From a virus (taxonomy: Duplodnaviria > Caudoviricetes), in IMG/VR virus record IMGVR_UViG_3300031760_000003, positions 1-64,000 of that record: a stretch of DNA of 64,000 nucleotides; one strand, written 5' to 3'. Position numbers and translations under genes: made by a program. The notes beneath the pieces are model-generated. The model searched no databases and had not been told where the DNA came from. It saw only the letters and a list, made by a program, of their open reading frames with translations. Shown here piece after piece: positions 40,107 to 50,386 of the stretch; the first letter of the stretch is position 1; each line of letters begins with the position of its first letter.

Positions 40107-40972
40107 TAAAAATTCTCCTTTTTTTAACTCTAATATTATTATAACAAAAATTTTAAAACTTTTCAATAGTTTTTTGGTCAAAAATTTTGCGGGAAGAGGG
40201 TTTTTTAAGTAGGAGGGGAGGGAGGGAATATAGTAATCGTTTTTAGAAATGAAAAAAACTTTTGGAGCGGGTGTTGTGGAGCAAAACCCATTTTACCGAA
40301 TTCGCCCAGAAAATCCCATAATACCACCCCCACCTATTGCAAAATCAGAGACCCTATCTTGTCTTTTACACGGGGGAGGGGTAGGAATTAATTCAAAACA
40401 GATAAGGAATCCTCGGTTTGTCAACTCAAGAGACAAACCGAATTTGCGTATAATATCAGTTTTACGTAAAAATTGGAACGATTTCATCATCACCAAAACG
40501 AAGAAAAAAATCCGAAAAAACACTTTTTTACCTTTTGACATCGATGTCATTTTCTGATGGAAAACTGCCTTTTTCTCTTGGCGTTTCGCATCATCGCAAT
40601 ATGGTAGAAATCGCAAATCTTTCAAAAAATCCAGGAAAAACGCACGATGGCTACACGCAGCTACACCTATACATTATTCGTCGGTCCGCATCCTACCCGC
40701 GCGGACCGAATTTTCGCATTATACCATATCTACCAAAATTTGTCAATAGTAAATATGCACAAAAATATAGAAAAAATTTTCCCGAAATTTGTACAGTTTA
40801 TCTCTTGACATTTTCTTTATGGTATGGTATAATTGTAGGCTAACAAGGATCCTGCTGCCTTAACTGGTCCTATTGTATTAAATAAAAAAAAATAAATTTT
40901 TTTAAAAAAAGTATTGACAAGATAAACTTGTAATGTTATAATGTATTTACAAGATAAGGAAAGGAAAGGTAA

Positions 40973-41149
40973 ATGATTATGACAAACACAACAACAACTA
41001 ACAACAATAAAACTTATAATTGGAGAAATGCTAGAAAAAGTCACAAGTGTATCGAAATCTCACCCTTTGAGAAAGAAGAAGCTAAAAAAAGAAAGAATTT
41101 AAACGTTGGTGTTTTCAGAGGCTTCATGTCTGATGGTCACTATCTCTAA
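40973..41149 (+). CDS. Small basic hypothetical protein (58 aa)
   Basis: Own promoter, GAAAGGT RBS, downstream terminator. Confidence 0.6.
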   Translation: MIMTNTTTTNNNKTYNWRNARKSHKCIEISPFEKEEAKKRKNLNVGVFRGFMSDGHYL

Positions 41150-41274
41150 AAGATAGTGACTTTTTATTATTTTAAAAATTTTTTAAAAAAAGTATTGACA
41201 AGGTAACCTTGTAATGTTATAATGTATTTACAAGGTAAGGAAATAAACAAAACAGAAAGTAAGAGGTAAAGGTT

Positions 41275-41460
41275 ATGACAGTAGTAGAAATCAAGGAAAT
41301 GATTAAAAATATGAAGGATACAGACAAAGTTATCTTTGTAAAAGAAACAACAGATAGAGATGGTTATCCTTATGAAGTAAAAGAAAATATCGTTGCTATC
41401 GTTAAAGAGGGAACAGAAAAAGTCAATGTTGGTTGTGGTATCATGAGATATAAAAGATAA
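41275..41460 (+). CDS. Small hypothetical protein
   Basis: Own promoter and GAGGT RBS. Confidence 0.7.
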   Translation: MTVVEIKEMIKNMKDTDKVIFVKETTDRDGYPYEVKENIVAIVKEGTEKVNVGCGIMRYKR

Positions 41461-41541
41461 AAAAATTTAAAAAAAAGTGTTGACAAAAGGTATGACATAT
41501 GATAATATATAATTATCAAGAGGAAAGGTAAGGTAACAAAT

Positions 41542-41724
41542 ATGAAAGTAACAAAAGCAATCGAAATCACAAAAGAAATCTACGAGAAATATAAAACAGG
41601 TATTCCTTCACAGGCACAGGAAGAGGTTTACGGTAGAATTGCGAAAATGGTATTCATCTATAATCCTTATGTATACAAGTCAATGGATGGAAAATATTTT
41701 GCAAGTTATTCATATTATGATTGA
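41542..41724 (+). CDS. Small hypothetical protein, paralogue of 42094..42285
   Basis: KVTK-x-IE-x-TKEIY...YSYYD shared; own promoter and RBS. Confidence 0.8.
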   Translation: MKVTKAIEITKEIYEKYKTGIPSQAQEEVYGRIAKMVFIYNPYVYKSMDGKYFASYSYYD

Positions 41725-41781
41725 CAAAATGAAACAGATATGATAATATATAATTATCAAAGGAAAGGTAGGTATAAAGTT

Positions 41782-41871
41782 ATGTTAGTAGTTATAGTGG
41801 TTACAATGTTTTCAATAATTCCAGCAGTAAAACTTGAGCAGAAAATTAAAAAAGTTATGAATATCGCTTGA
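41782..41871 (+). CDS. 29-aa hydrophobic peptide
   Basis: Own promoter and RBS; stop codon lies inside TTGACA. Confidence 0.45.
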   Translation: MLVVIVVTMFSIIPAVKLEQKIKKVMNIA

Positions 41872-42093
41872 CAAATGCTCTACCTTATGGTAGAGTTGTC
41901 GGTCTGCGATGGGTTGCCGCAGACCGATTTTACTATTATACCATCTCTTGCGGATTTTGTCAATAGGAAAATTGCACAAAAATTTACACAAACGGATCCC
42001 GATATTTGTGCAACTTTTTCTAAAAAAGGTGTTGACAAAATAAAAAGGGTATGATAATATATAATTATCAAAGGAAAGGTAAGGTAAACAGAT

Positions 42094-42285
42094 ATGAGCA
42101 AAGTAACAAAGACAATCGAAACTACAAAAGAGATTTATGATAAGTACCACGAAACAGGCGTACCTTCAAAGGCTTATGAGGAAGTTTATGGCAGAGTTGC
42201 ATCTATAGTATGTATTTATGGTCCTTGCACAGTATATAAAACACCCGATGAAAAATATGTTGCAAATTATTCATATTATGATTGA
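42094..42285 (+). CDS. Small hypothetical protein, paralogue of 41542..41724
   Basis: Paralogy, promoter, RBS. Confidence 0.8.
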   Translation: MSKVTKTIETTKEIYDKYHETGVPSKAYEEVYGRVASIVCIYGPCTVYKTPDEKYVANYSYYD

Positions 42286-42342
42286 CAAAATATTGGTTTT
42301 GTGGTAATATATAATTATCAAAGGAAAGGTAAGGTAATAAAT

Positions 42343-42462
42343 ATGAAAAGAGTTAGAGTAGAGTTTTGGTGTGATGCAATAGAAATTGCAAAAAAGGCTA
42401 TCGATGCAATCATTTATGAAGATAGTTATATAGGTTACGTAGTAGAGTATGTGGCTATTTAG
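42343..42462 (+). CDS. 39-aa protein MKRVRVEFWCDA..., paralogue of 44478..44597
   Basis: Paralogy, promoter, RBS. Confidence 0.75.
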   Translation: MKRVRVEFWCDAIEIAKKAIDAIIYEDSYIGYVVEYVAI

Positions 42463-42855
42463 GCGGCAAGGCGATATGCGGGAACGTGTATCGCCGGCGC
42501 GTCTGCACTTGAGACGCGCCGTTCTATCTATTATACCATACCTTGAATATTTTGTCAATAGTAAAAATGCACAAAAATAACAAGAAAAAAATCCTATAAT
42601 TTGTACACTTTTTCCTCTTGACAAATTCCTTGCGGTATGGTATAATGATTTGCGGCTTGCGGTGTATCATAAAAGATATATTGTATTAAATATAATTTGA
42701 TACAATATAATTCGTTAATTTTCACAAAATTTTAGGATTTTTTTGTGAAAAATAAAAATTAAAAAATTTTTAAAAAAGTGTTGACAAGATAAACTTGTGA
42801 TGTTATAATGTATTTACAAGGTAAGGAAATAAATAAAAGAAAAGAGGTATTTAGT

Positions 42856-43032
42856 ATGAGCAATATGAAAATGATGGTTACCGTTAACAATACACCTGAG
42901 GTATTAAGCAAAGGATTTGTAGTTGCAAGATACTGGGATGGAGAGCTTTGGTATTATGGCAAGTATGATTCTAAACAGTTCGCAAAAGAGGTTGCTGAAC
43001 AGGTAGACGGAATAGTCTTGACAATAGAATAA
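42856..43032 (+). CDS. Small hypothetical protein, paralogue of 46471..46641
   Basis: VNNTP...FVVAR-x2-DGELWY-x-G shared. Confidence 0.8.
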   Translation: MSNMKMMVTVNNTPEVLSKGFVVARYWDGELWYYGKYDSKQFAKEVAEQVDGIVLTIE

Positions 43033-43147
43033 GGTTAAATATGGGGAGTTGAAAAAATAACTCCCCAACAAAAAAAATAAAAAAATGCTTGACAAATAAA
43101 ATCAAAGTGATATAATATAATTATCAAAGGAAAGGTAGGTAACTAAT

Positions 43148-43378
43148 ATGAATAAAGAAAAATTTTGGGATAACATCGGATACGTAATAATGGCACTTTT
43201 ACTTGTAGGACAGGTTACTGTTGGTTGGTTATTTATGGTAGGTCAGGGTGCTTACTTACTCGGTAACATTATAAATGTTATTCGTGATTTTAAACTTGGC
43301 AGACCTCGAGCAGATAAAGTAAAAAATATTTGCTTTACTGCCATAACAGTAGGACTTATAATTTTATATATTTTTTAA
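43148..43378 (+). CDS. Small membrane protein
   Basis: Three hydrophobic segments; promoter and RBS. Confidence 0.7.
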   Translation: MNKEKFWDNIGYVIMALLLVGQVTVGWLFMVGQGAYLLGNIINVIRDFKLGRPRADKVKNICFTAITVGLIILYIF

Positions 43379-43458
43379 AAAAAGTCCTTGACAAATGAAA
43401 AAATTTTTATTATAATAAGTATATAAGATAAAACAAAAGAAAGGTTAGGTACAAAATT

Positions 43459-43674
43459 ATGAGACAGTTAATTTGGGTTAAGGCAGACGGAACAGAGTCA
43501 AAGACATACGTTAAGGGGGCAACTACTAAGTTAGTAAATCTCCCCGAGGATAACGGCAAGTCAAAACTCCTTTTCAAACTTCTCCATCAGCACTACGCAG
43601 AGGTTGGCGCAAAGGTGGTTGAAGAACTCAAGAACGGCACTTACAAGTCAGAAAATTACGCTTTATATATGTAG
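43459..43674 (+). CDS. Small hypothetical protein
   Basis: Promoter, RBS, downstream terminators. Confidence 0.7.
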   Translation: MRQLIWVKADGTESKTYVKGATTKLVNLPEDNGKSKLLFKLLHQHYAEVGAKVVEELKNGTYKSENYALYM

Positions 43675-43954
43675 CGGCAAGGGGGCTTAAAGCCCCTGCC
43701 CGCAAATCATCTTACCTCCTCCCTATACCTTAAGGCACCCTATTTGCAAGGGTGCCTTACTTTTTGGGCGTGTCGTCATGGGTCGCGACGACACGTGTTT
43801 TTCATTATACCATACTCTGAATATTTTGTCAATAGTAAAAGTGCATAAAAATTCATCTCTTCGGATCCTGAAATTTGTGCAACTTTTTTTTTAAAAAGGT
43901 ATTGACTAATGGATGCGAGTATGGTATATTATAATTACAGAAAGGGAAAAGAAA

Positions 43955-44074
43955 GAAAGTGGATAACCTTTCAAAGAGATAGTTAGCAATGAAAAGTGAA
44001 AAGTAGGGATTTCTAAATTAAAGAATTTAGAGGTTTTGAAAAATAACTTTTTACCTGACGGAAACTTTCACCGA
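43955..44074 (+). ncRNA. Structured ncRNA, copy A (homologue at 51540)
   Basis: Own promoter, no ORF, stems covary with copy B. Confidence 0.7.
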
Positions 44075-44162
44075 AACTTAAAAAATTTTTAAAAAAGTAG
44101 TTGACAAATATTAACAGATATGTTAAGATATAATCAGAAAGAGGAAAGAGAGGTAAACAGTT

Positions 44163-44396
44163 ATGATGAACAAAGAATATTTTGAAAACTTATTACAGGA
44201 ATTAGTTGCTTGTGGAATAATCTACATCAAGGAATACAAAGGCACTGTTAATGTAACTTTTGAAGATGTGGATTTTGTTGATGAAAGAGCCGAAGAATTA
44301 GAAAATTTCTTCTATGAAATGTGTGAAGGAGATTTTTATCTCTCAGGCGAAATTTTTGGTAAAGATTACGTAGTAGGTTTTGGAGATATGGAATAA
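44163..44396 (+). CDS. Small acidic hypothetical protein
   Basis: Promoter; GAGAGGT RBS. Confidence 0.7.
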   Translation: MMNKEYFENLLQELVACGIIYIKEYKGTVNVTFEDVDFVDERAEELENFFYEMCEGDFYLSGEIFGKDYVVGFGDME

Positions 44397-44477
44397 TAAA
44401 AATCTTCAAAAACCTATTGACAAATACTCACAAGTATGATATAGTATAATTAACAAAAGGAAAGAGAGGTAATGAGT

Positions 44478-44597
44478 ATGAAGAGAGTAAGAGTAGAGTT
44501 TTGGTGTGAAGCATTAGAGTTAGCAAAGAAAACTATTGATGCAGTAATTTATCAAGATAGTTATGTTGGGTATGTAGTAGAATACGTTCCCGCTTAA
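44478..44597 (+). CDS. 39-aa protein, paralogue of 42343..42462
   Basis: Paralogy, promoter, RBS. Confidence 0.75.
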   Translation: MKRVRVEFWCEALELAKKTIDAVIYQDSYVGYVVEYVPA

Positions 44598-44681
44598 CTA
44601 AAAAAATTTAAAAAAGTATTGACAACCTTTAAATTATCTGATATAATTTAATCAAGATAAAAGAAAGAGAGGTAAACGCTT

Positions 44682-44846
44682 ATGAAGAACTACACAATTA
44701 GATTTTACACAACTGTTGATACAATAATCGAAATGAACATTGAAGCAAAGAACATGCTTGTTGCAGAAAACATTGCTTATGATAACTTTGCTAATGGTGG
44801 TTATGAAGGCTCTATTGTAAGAGTTGAGGCTTCTGGAAGAATTTAA
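44682..44846 (+). CDS. Small hypothetical protein (54 aa)
   Basis: Promoter; GAGAGGT RBS. Confidence 0.65.
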   Translation: MKNYTIRFYTTVDTIIEMNIEAKNMLVAENIAYDNFANGGYEGSIVRVEASGRI

Positions 44847-45054
44847 AAAATTCTTCCAAAACCACTTGACAAAAATTATTTTTCTGGCTGGCGCGCTTAC
44901 CTTCGGCGCGCGCTGAATTTTACATTATATCACAGCACCGATATTTTGTCAATAGTAAAAGTGTACAAAAATTTACCTCTTCCGATCCCGAAATTTGTGC
45001 AACTTTTTTGTATTTACCTATTGACTTATTCTGTAGTTATGGTATACTTGTATT

Positions 45055-45340
45055 ATCAAAGAGATGAGGAATAAGGACCGAGCCTACAGGGTGGGCGAGA
45101 ATTGTGGTGACTAAGTCCTAGGGGTGTCACCGCACTCGCGAAACTAACAGAGATACCCATTAAATCGGTGGTGCCTATCACGAGGCAGTTTCTCCTAAAA
45201 GATATCGTGACAGTGACCCTTAACTTTTCCACCACTAAGGCAATGGAAAATGACCTATGTTGTGCTATCGAGCAAGGTCGGGCAGAAAATTGCATACCGG
45301 TAGCAAGTTGGAGAGGGGGTTTTAATCCCTCTCCTTTTTC
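45055..45340 (+). ncRNA. Candidate ~285-nt structured ncRNA
   Basis: Promoter at 45021, elevated GC, multiple stems, terminator, no RBS-supported ORF. Confidence 0.6.
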
Positions 45341-45564
45341 TTTTGAGCGTCGCGTCAACTCAAGAGACGCGACGTATTTTCAATTATGTTACGCATAACA
45401 TATTTTTGTCAATAGGCAATTTGAACAAAAATGCAATGGAAAAGATCCTGAAATTTGTGCATATTTTTTTTTAAATTTTTCTAAAAAGTGTTGACACGCA
45501 CCCTATAAAATGGTAGTATATATATGTAAGGAAGAGATAACAACCAACTTGGAGGTAAAAAGAT

Positions 45565-45873
45565 ATGATAAACATTAGAACACTTAGAAACATTAAGAAC
45601 AACGGTGGTTTAACACTTAAGAACGGCAAGGCTATCACTTATAAAACAGGTTGGCAGGTTGCCACTGAAGGTGTACAGACAACCGATATCAACGAAGTCC
45701 GCGGACTTATTAAAAAATACAATGGTAACTGTGGGCTGTGGCTTGAAAATGGCGTATGGTATGTTGATAAAAGCCATAGAGTAAACACAAAAAAGGAAGC
45801 ACTCCGAATCGGTAAAGAGTGCAACCAAATATCAGTTTTAAAATGGTCTGATATGTCCCTTGCCTACTGCTAA
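45565..45873 (+). CDS. Hypothetical protein
   Basis: GGAGGT RBS; promoter at 45491. Confidence 0.75.
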   Translation: MINIRTLRNIKNNGGLTLKNGKAITYKTGWQVATEGVQTTDINEVRGLIKKYNGNCGLWLENGVWYVDKSHRVNTKKEALRIGKECNQISVLKWSDMSLAYC

Positions 45874-45980
45874 AAAGTAGGCAAGAAAAAATAAAAAAAA
45901 TTTAAAAAGTGCTTGACAAAATAATCGGTATATGGTAATATATAATCATAAGGAAAACAAAGAAAGGTTGGTATAGAAAT

Positions 45981-46124
45981 ATGTTTATAGTTAAAGGTTT
46001 TAAGAACGGCGTTATGGATACAATTCACTGCTTTGGAATGTCTGAGGCATACAGAGCATATCACAAAATGATTAACTCAGGGTATGTCGGAATCGAGATT
46101 TCCGAGTCCGATATGCTCGTTTAA
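45981..46124 (+). CDS. Small hypothetical protein (47 aa)
   Basis: Promoter, RBS, terminator. Confidence 0.6.
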   Translation: MFIVKGFKNGVMDTIHCFGMSEAYRAYHKMINSGYVGIEISESDMLV

Positions 46125-46470
46125 CCTCCTACCTTACCTACGGGGCGCCAATTCGGCGCCCTCTTTTGTTTTGGACGGGCAGCGATGAACCGCCGCTGCC
46201 CGAATTTTTAATTATATCACCCTTTGCGATTTTTGTCAATAGGAAAATTGCACAAAATTTTTAACAATTTCATCCTAAAATTCTATGTATTTTTTCTTGA
46301 TGATCTCGGTGTGGATTTGTCAATAGTAAAAATGCACAAAAATTTACAGCAAAAAACTTTATCTTTGTGCAATTTTCTTTAAATTTCCCCTTGAAATCTA
46401 TTTTTGCTTTTGATATAATGTATTTACAAGGTAAGGAAAACAATTCAGTTGTGAAAGGTAGGTGCTTATT

Positions 46471-46641
46471 ATGGAGATTTTAGTAAAGGTTAACAACACA
46501 CCCGATGGATTCACTCCTAAGTTTGTAGTAGCAAGAGTTTGTGATGGCGAACTCTGGTACTGGGGCAACTTTGAGGATGAGGCTACTGCTTATGAGGTCG
46601 CAGCAAAGCTCGACGCAGTTGTGATTCCCGCCAACAAGTAA
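46471..46641 (+). CDS. Small hypothetical protein, paralogue of 42856..43032
   Basis: Paralogy, promoter, RBS. Confidence 0.8.
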   Translation: MEILVKVNNTPDGFTPKFVVARVCDGELWYWGNFEDEATAYEVAAKLDAVVIPANK

Positions 46642-46768
46642 TCACTCAAGAGGGGGTGCAAACCCCCCTCGAGTAAAAAATTTTTTTTAAAAAGTAGTTG
46701 ACTTTTTGTCCGTATGGGTGTATACTATGTATATAGTTAAGGATAAGTATTTTTAGGAGGTATTGCTT

Positions 46769-46963
46769 ATGTTTTATGTAATGTATGGACAGTATGGAGA
46801 TTTCGTTAAGGCTTTCGATACAGAGGAAGAAGCTCTTGCTTACATCGAGAGTAAATCTTGCCCTGATGATTATTGGGTTTGCACTGATGATGAAGAACCC
46901 GATGACATCGATTCGGATTTCGGTTTTGACTCTTACGAGGGTTGCTACACCTACGATTGCTAG
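46769..46963 (+). CDS. Small, very acidic hypothetical protein
   Basis: AGGAGGT RBS; Asp/Glu-rich C-terminus ending GCYTYDC. Confidence 0.7.
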   Translation: MFYVMYGQYGDFVKAFDTEEEALAYIESKSCPDDYWVCTDDEEPDDIDSDFGFDSYEGCYTYDC

Positions 46964-47027
46964 GTGTGGCACAAAAAATTTTAAAAAAGGTATTGACATT
47001 CCCTTCGGGGTATGATAATATAATAAT

Positions 47028-47228
47028 GTAAGGAGCGGGAGGGCGACGCGAAGAGCGGGTCACAAGTAGACCGTGTAAGACCTTTTAAACGCAACGAACA
47101 CCCTGAAAGCAATCTCGGGTAGGAAGCCGAGAAGCCCTTACAAAACAAAAGGCTTGAACTCCAGAGTGTGCCTTAAACACGAGAAGAAAGTGAGTAAAAA
47201 AGGAAAGACTCCGGAAGGAGTCTTTTTT
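47028..47228 (+). ncRNA. Candidate ~200-nt structured ncRNA
   Basis: Promoter at 46993, GTAAGG/CCTTAC closing stem, terminator, no ORF. Confidence 0.55.
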
Positions 47229-47439
47229 CTTTGGGCGTGGCGTCAACTCAAGAGACGCCACGAATTTAGCATTATACCATGGTCCGCATATTTTGTCAAG
47301 AGTAAATATGCACAAAGATCTGGTCGGTATACTCCTAAAATTTGTGCATCTTTTTTGCTTCTACCTCTTGCAATGTTTTAAAATTTATGTTATTATATCT
47401 ATACAAGGTAAGGAAAAACATCAAAGCGAGGTACTTAAT

Positions 47440-47667
47440 ATGGCATACTACAGATTTTGCAACATTATCATTTCAAGAAACGACTTAATTTCTATTGTCT
47501 GCACTGAAATTTTTGATAACGGCAGACGTGATGTACTCACAAAAGAGTTACAAAAAATCAAAACACCCGAGTTAATCAGACGTAAGGTACAGGCTCGTGC
47601 TTATAAGTTAGCCTTAAAGCTCGGTCTTGACGTTGACTATGTAGGATATTATGAAAAGGAGGCATAA
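47440..47667 (+). CDS. Small hypothetical protein
   Basis: ATG 47440 after GAGGT. Confidence 0.7.
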   Translation: MAYYRFCNIIISRNDLISIVCTEIFDNGRRDVLTKELQKIKTPELIRRKVQARAYKLALKLGLDVDYVGYYEKEA

Positions 47668-47669
47668 TT

Positions 47670-47822
47670 ATGGGAGATTTATTTTTAGCAATACAAGAGA
47701 AAGGGTATAATCCTGAGTTGGCAATATGTACACCCGAACCAAATAATGATAGATATATCATAGTTGCTATCCGTGGTCGATATGTCGGAAAATATGATAC
47801 TTTTAAGAGAGAATGGGCTTGA
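47670..47822 (+). CDS. Small hypothetical protein (50 aa)
   Basis: AGGAGG RBS; stop codon inside TTGACA. Confidence 0.65.
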   Translation: MGDLFLAIQEKGYNPELAICTPEPNNDRYIIVAIRGRYVGKYDTFKREWA

Positions 47823-47872
47823 CATTCTCTCTTGAATATGGTAAGATATAATTATCAAAAGAAAGGTAGGTA

Positions 47873-48067
47873 ATGATTATGAGAACACTTTGTTATGCAC
47901 TTGATTGGGAAAATACGGGAGTTTGTCTTGCACTAACAGTGCTTGAAAGTCTTTTCCCTTGTTTCGTATCTTATAACGATATCGATGAGGATACATTCGA
48001 GGTATCTATCACATGTCGCCAGGAAGATGCGGCGGCTATCGAGAGAAGGTTGGCGGCTCATATGTAA
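47873..48067 (+). CDS. Small hypothetical protein
   Basis: Promoter and RBS. Confidence 0.65.
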   Translation: MIMRTLCYALDWENTGVCLALTVLESLFPCFVSYNDIDEDTFEVSITCRQEDAAAIERRLAAHM

Positions 48068-48302
48068 GCCGCCATCTCCCAAGGCTTTGAACGTCGCGTA
48101 ATCTACCCGCCACGCGACGTATTTTGCGATTATACCATATTCGGTAAAATTTGTCAATAGGCAATTTGTACAAAATTTTTAGCATAGGAATCCCGAAATT
48201 TGTGCATATTTTTTCTATAAAAATGTTGACATATTTTTACTATGTGGTATACTAATAATGTAAGGAAGATAAACAACCAAATCGGAAAGGTAGGTAAGAA
48301 TT

Positions 48303-48575
48303 ATGGTAGTAATGTCAGATGTAGCAACAACACTTAGAGAGTCAAGAGAGGAAACTATCGAAGAGAGAGAGTATCAGGTTCAGGATGCTGTAGATAGCAT
48401 CGAATATGACCTCATTCAGTTAGAGGAAGATATAGCAATTCTCTTGGATAACTATGGCGATTATGTGGATGATATGACAGAAGAAGAGGAAGATAACTTC
48501 TGTGCAGACATTCACGAAAAGGTAGTATTCCTTGAGAAAGTAAAGGAACTCCTCAGAAAAAGACCTATCAGATAG
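48303..48575 (+). CDS. Highly acidic helical protein
   Basis: Promoter and RBS; about one third Asp/Glu. Confidence 0.75.
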   Translation: MVVMSDVATTLRESREETIEEREYQVQDAVDSIEYDLIQLEEDIAILLDNYGDYVDDMTEEEEDNFCADIHEKVVFLEKVKELLRKRPIR

Positions 48576-48635
48576 TTACAAAATAATAGAGGTGGCGGCA
48601 AGACACACCTGCCGCCGCCAAGAAAGGTAAAGGAT

Positions 48636-48833
48636 ATGAAAAAATTTACAGTAAGAATTTACGCAAGGAGTTTAGAGATATACGAGTATAGCGATATTTA
48701 TGCTTCAAACTACGTAAACGCAAAACGGGAGGCATCTACAAGATATCTGGAAAGTCACTCTTGGGAGAGCATCTTTAAGGTGACTATAATATGTCCCACG
48801 GGTGCCATAGTCACATATGACTGTCCATTCTAA
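48636..48833 (+). CDS. Small hypothetical protein
   Basis: GAAAGGT RBS. Confidence 0.65.
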   Translation: MKKFTVRIYARSLEIYEYSDIYASNYVNAKREASTRYLESHSWESIFKVTIICPTGAIVTYDCPF

Positions 48834-49017
48834 AAAGGTGTCGCCAATAGCTTTGGCGGCACGTGATTTGCTGACACGTGCCGCATTTTTTGTCAATAGG
48901 TATTTTCAACAAATTTTCATTTGAATTTTTGTGTAATTTGTCTATTGTATTTTTCCGTCAATTTGCTATAATGTATTTACAAGGTAAGGAAAACAAGCAA
49001 AACAGAAAGAGAGGTAA

Positions 49018-49212
49018 ATGCTTATGATGACAATAGAAGAAATGGTAATGTACGACCAGCTCGTAGATATGGGTATCGCAACAGCAGACGAACTTAACCT
49101 TGCAAGAAATCTTGTATCAGGCTCATGGGAGGATGTATTGACAAGCGTACTTTATATCAGAACAGGATATCGCTCAATAGAACAGATGTTTGAAGATGAG
49201 GAAGAGGACTAA
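49018..49212 (+). CDS. Small acidic hypothetical protein, related to 49928..50137
   Basis: MT(I/V)E(E/D)MV-x-Y...GI...W...G(Y/F) pattern shared. Confidence 0.7.
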   Translation: MLMMTIEEMVMYDQLVDMGIATADELNLARNLVSGSWEDVLTSVLYIRTGYRSIEQMFEDEEED

Positions 49213-49254
49213 AGTCCTCTTCCACAAAAATAATAAGAAAGTGAGGTGTCGCCT

Positions 49255-49434
49255 ATGTATAGAAAAGTCACAGTAGCAAGATATATTAATGGTAGAGATT
49301 CTATCAGATATAACAAAAAAATCAGAGTTTTAGATTATGACACCCACACAAATAAAGGCTCATGGGTTGATAATGAAAAAGCCTATATCAAAGCAATAAA
49401 AGTCACACCTAAATATATTTTTATTTTTATTTAA
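49255..49434 (+). CDS. Small basic hypothetical protein
   Basis: GAGGTG RBS. Confidence 0.6.
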   Translation: MYRKVTVARYINGRDSIRYNKKIRVLDYDTHTNKGSWVDNEKAYIKAIKVTPKYIFIFI

Positions 49435-49503
49435 AAATCCCTATTGACTTTTATTAAAAATAATGTTACAATGGTATTATCAAAAGAAAGAGAGGTAACT
49501 AAA

Positions 49504-49704
49504 ATGGAAAATTTTGTATCAGTAGTGCTTGGATCTATCGCAGAGGACATTAAGGTGTCAAAAGAGGATGTAATAGCAGATTTCGTCAATTTCAACAAGG
49601 CTATCGACGAGAAGATGGCGGAAGGCTACTCTGAGGATGAAGCAACAGAGATGGTTGCATCCTCATGGAACTTTGCTTGGTGGGATACTCAGGCAGAGGG
49701 ATAA
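49504..49704 (+). CDS. Small acidic hypothetical protein
   Basis: ATG 49504 after GAGAGGT. Confidence 0.7.
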   Translation: MENFVSVVLGSIAEDIKVSKEDVIADFVNFNKAIDEKMAEGYSEDEATEMVASSWNFAWWDTQAEG

Positions 49705-49927
49705 GCAAGTACGCGACGCTCATTAAGTTGGGCGTCGCGTTAGCACTTGTAACGCGACGAATTTTCAATTATACCACACCCTGTAAAATTTGTCAATAGG
49801 CAAAATGCACAAAAATGTGACTGTTGCAATCCCGAAATTTGTGTAACTTTTTTTCTAAAACCCCTTGCAAAGTTCTAAAATGTATGGTATTATATCTTTA
49901 CAAGGTAAGGAAAGCGAGGTATTAAGT

Positions 49928-50137
49928 ATGACACAGAGAACAGATATGACAGTAGAGGATATGGTTAACTATGAGTGGATAGTTGAAAGTGGCATTTGCA
50001 AAGCCTCTATACTTAATGCAATAGCCGTTGCTATGAAGAATAGCACATGGGCAAAAGTATTCGACGCCGTAATCTTTTACTATAAAGGTTTTAAAACCTT
50101 TGACGAGTATTATATGTATGTTATGGAAAATGAATAA
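49928..50137 (+). CDS. Small hypothetical protein
   Basis: ATG 49928 after GAGGT. Confidence 0.7.
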   Translation: MTQRTDMTVEDMVNYEWIVESGICKASILNAIAVAMKNSTWAKVFDAVIFYYKGFKTFDEYYMYVMENE

Positions 50138-50149
50138 GAGGTGGTAATT

Positions 50150-50329
50150 ATGAGAGAAATTAAGTTTGATATCCGTAAAACAATGACAAAAAAGGCATTT
50201 AAGGAAATGCAGAAAAATAGCCGTAACCTTAATGGATTCAATACCGGCACAAGAGATATGAAAACGGCAAAAAGTCCGTCAAGGTCTACACGCAAAGCCG
50301 AAACGAGAAAAATAGCAAAAGAGTATTGA
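50150..50329 (+). CDS. Small basic hypothetical protein
   Basis: GAGGTG RBS; stop codon inside TTGACA. Confidence 0.65.
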   Translation: MREIKFDIRKTMTKKAFKEMQKNSRNLNGFNTGTRDMKTAKSPSRSTRKAETRKIAKEY

Positions 50330-50386
50330 CAAAAACTGCGGCAAGGCGTATAATATAAATATAGTAAAGAAAGGTAGGTAACTAAT

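Noticed and set aside
40249-40843. ORFs 40249..40557, 40293..40625 and 40535..40843
   Set aside because: No RBS, atypical composition, and overlap with the switch region and the first cassette.
45061-45300. Bona fide RNase P RNA
   Set aside because: Lacks the GAGGAAAGUCC and 3' P4 consensus; kept only as a weak resemblance.
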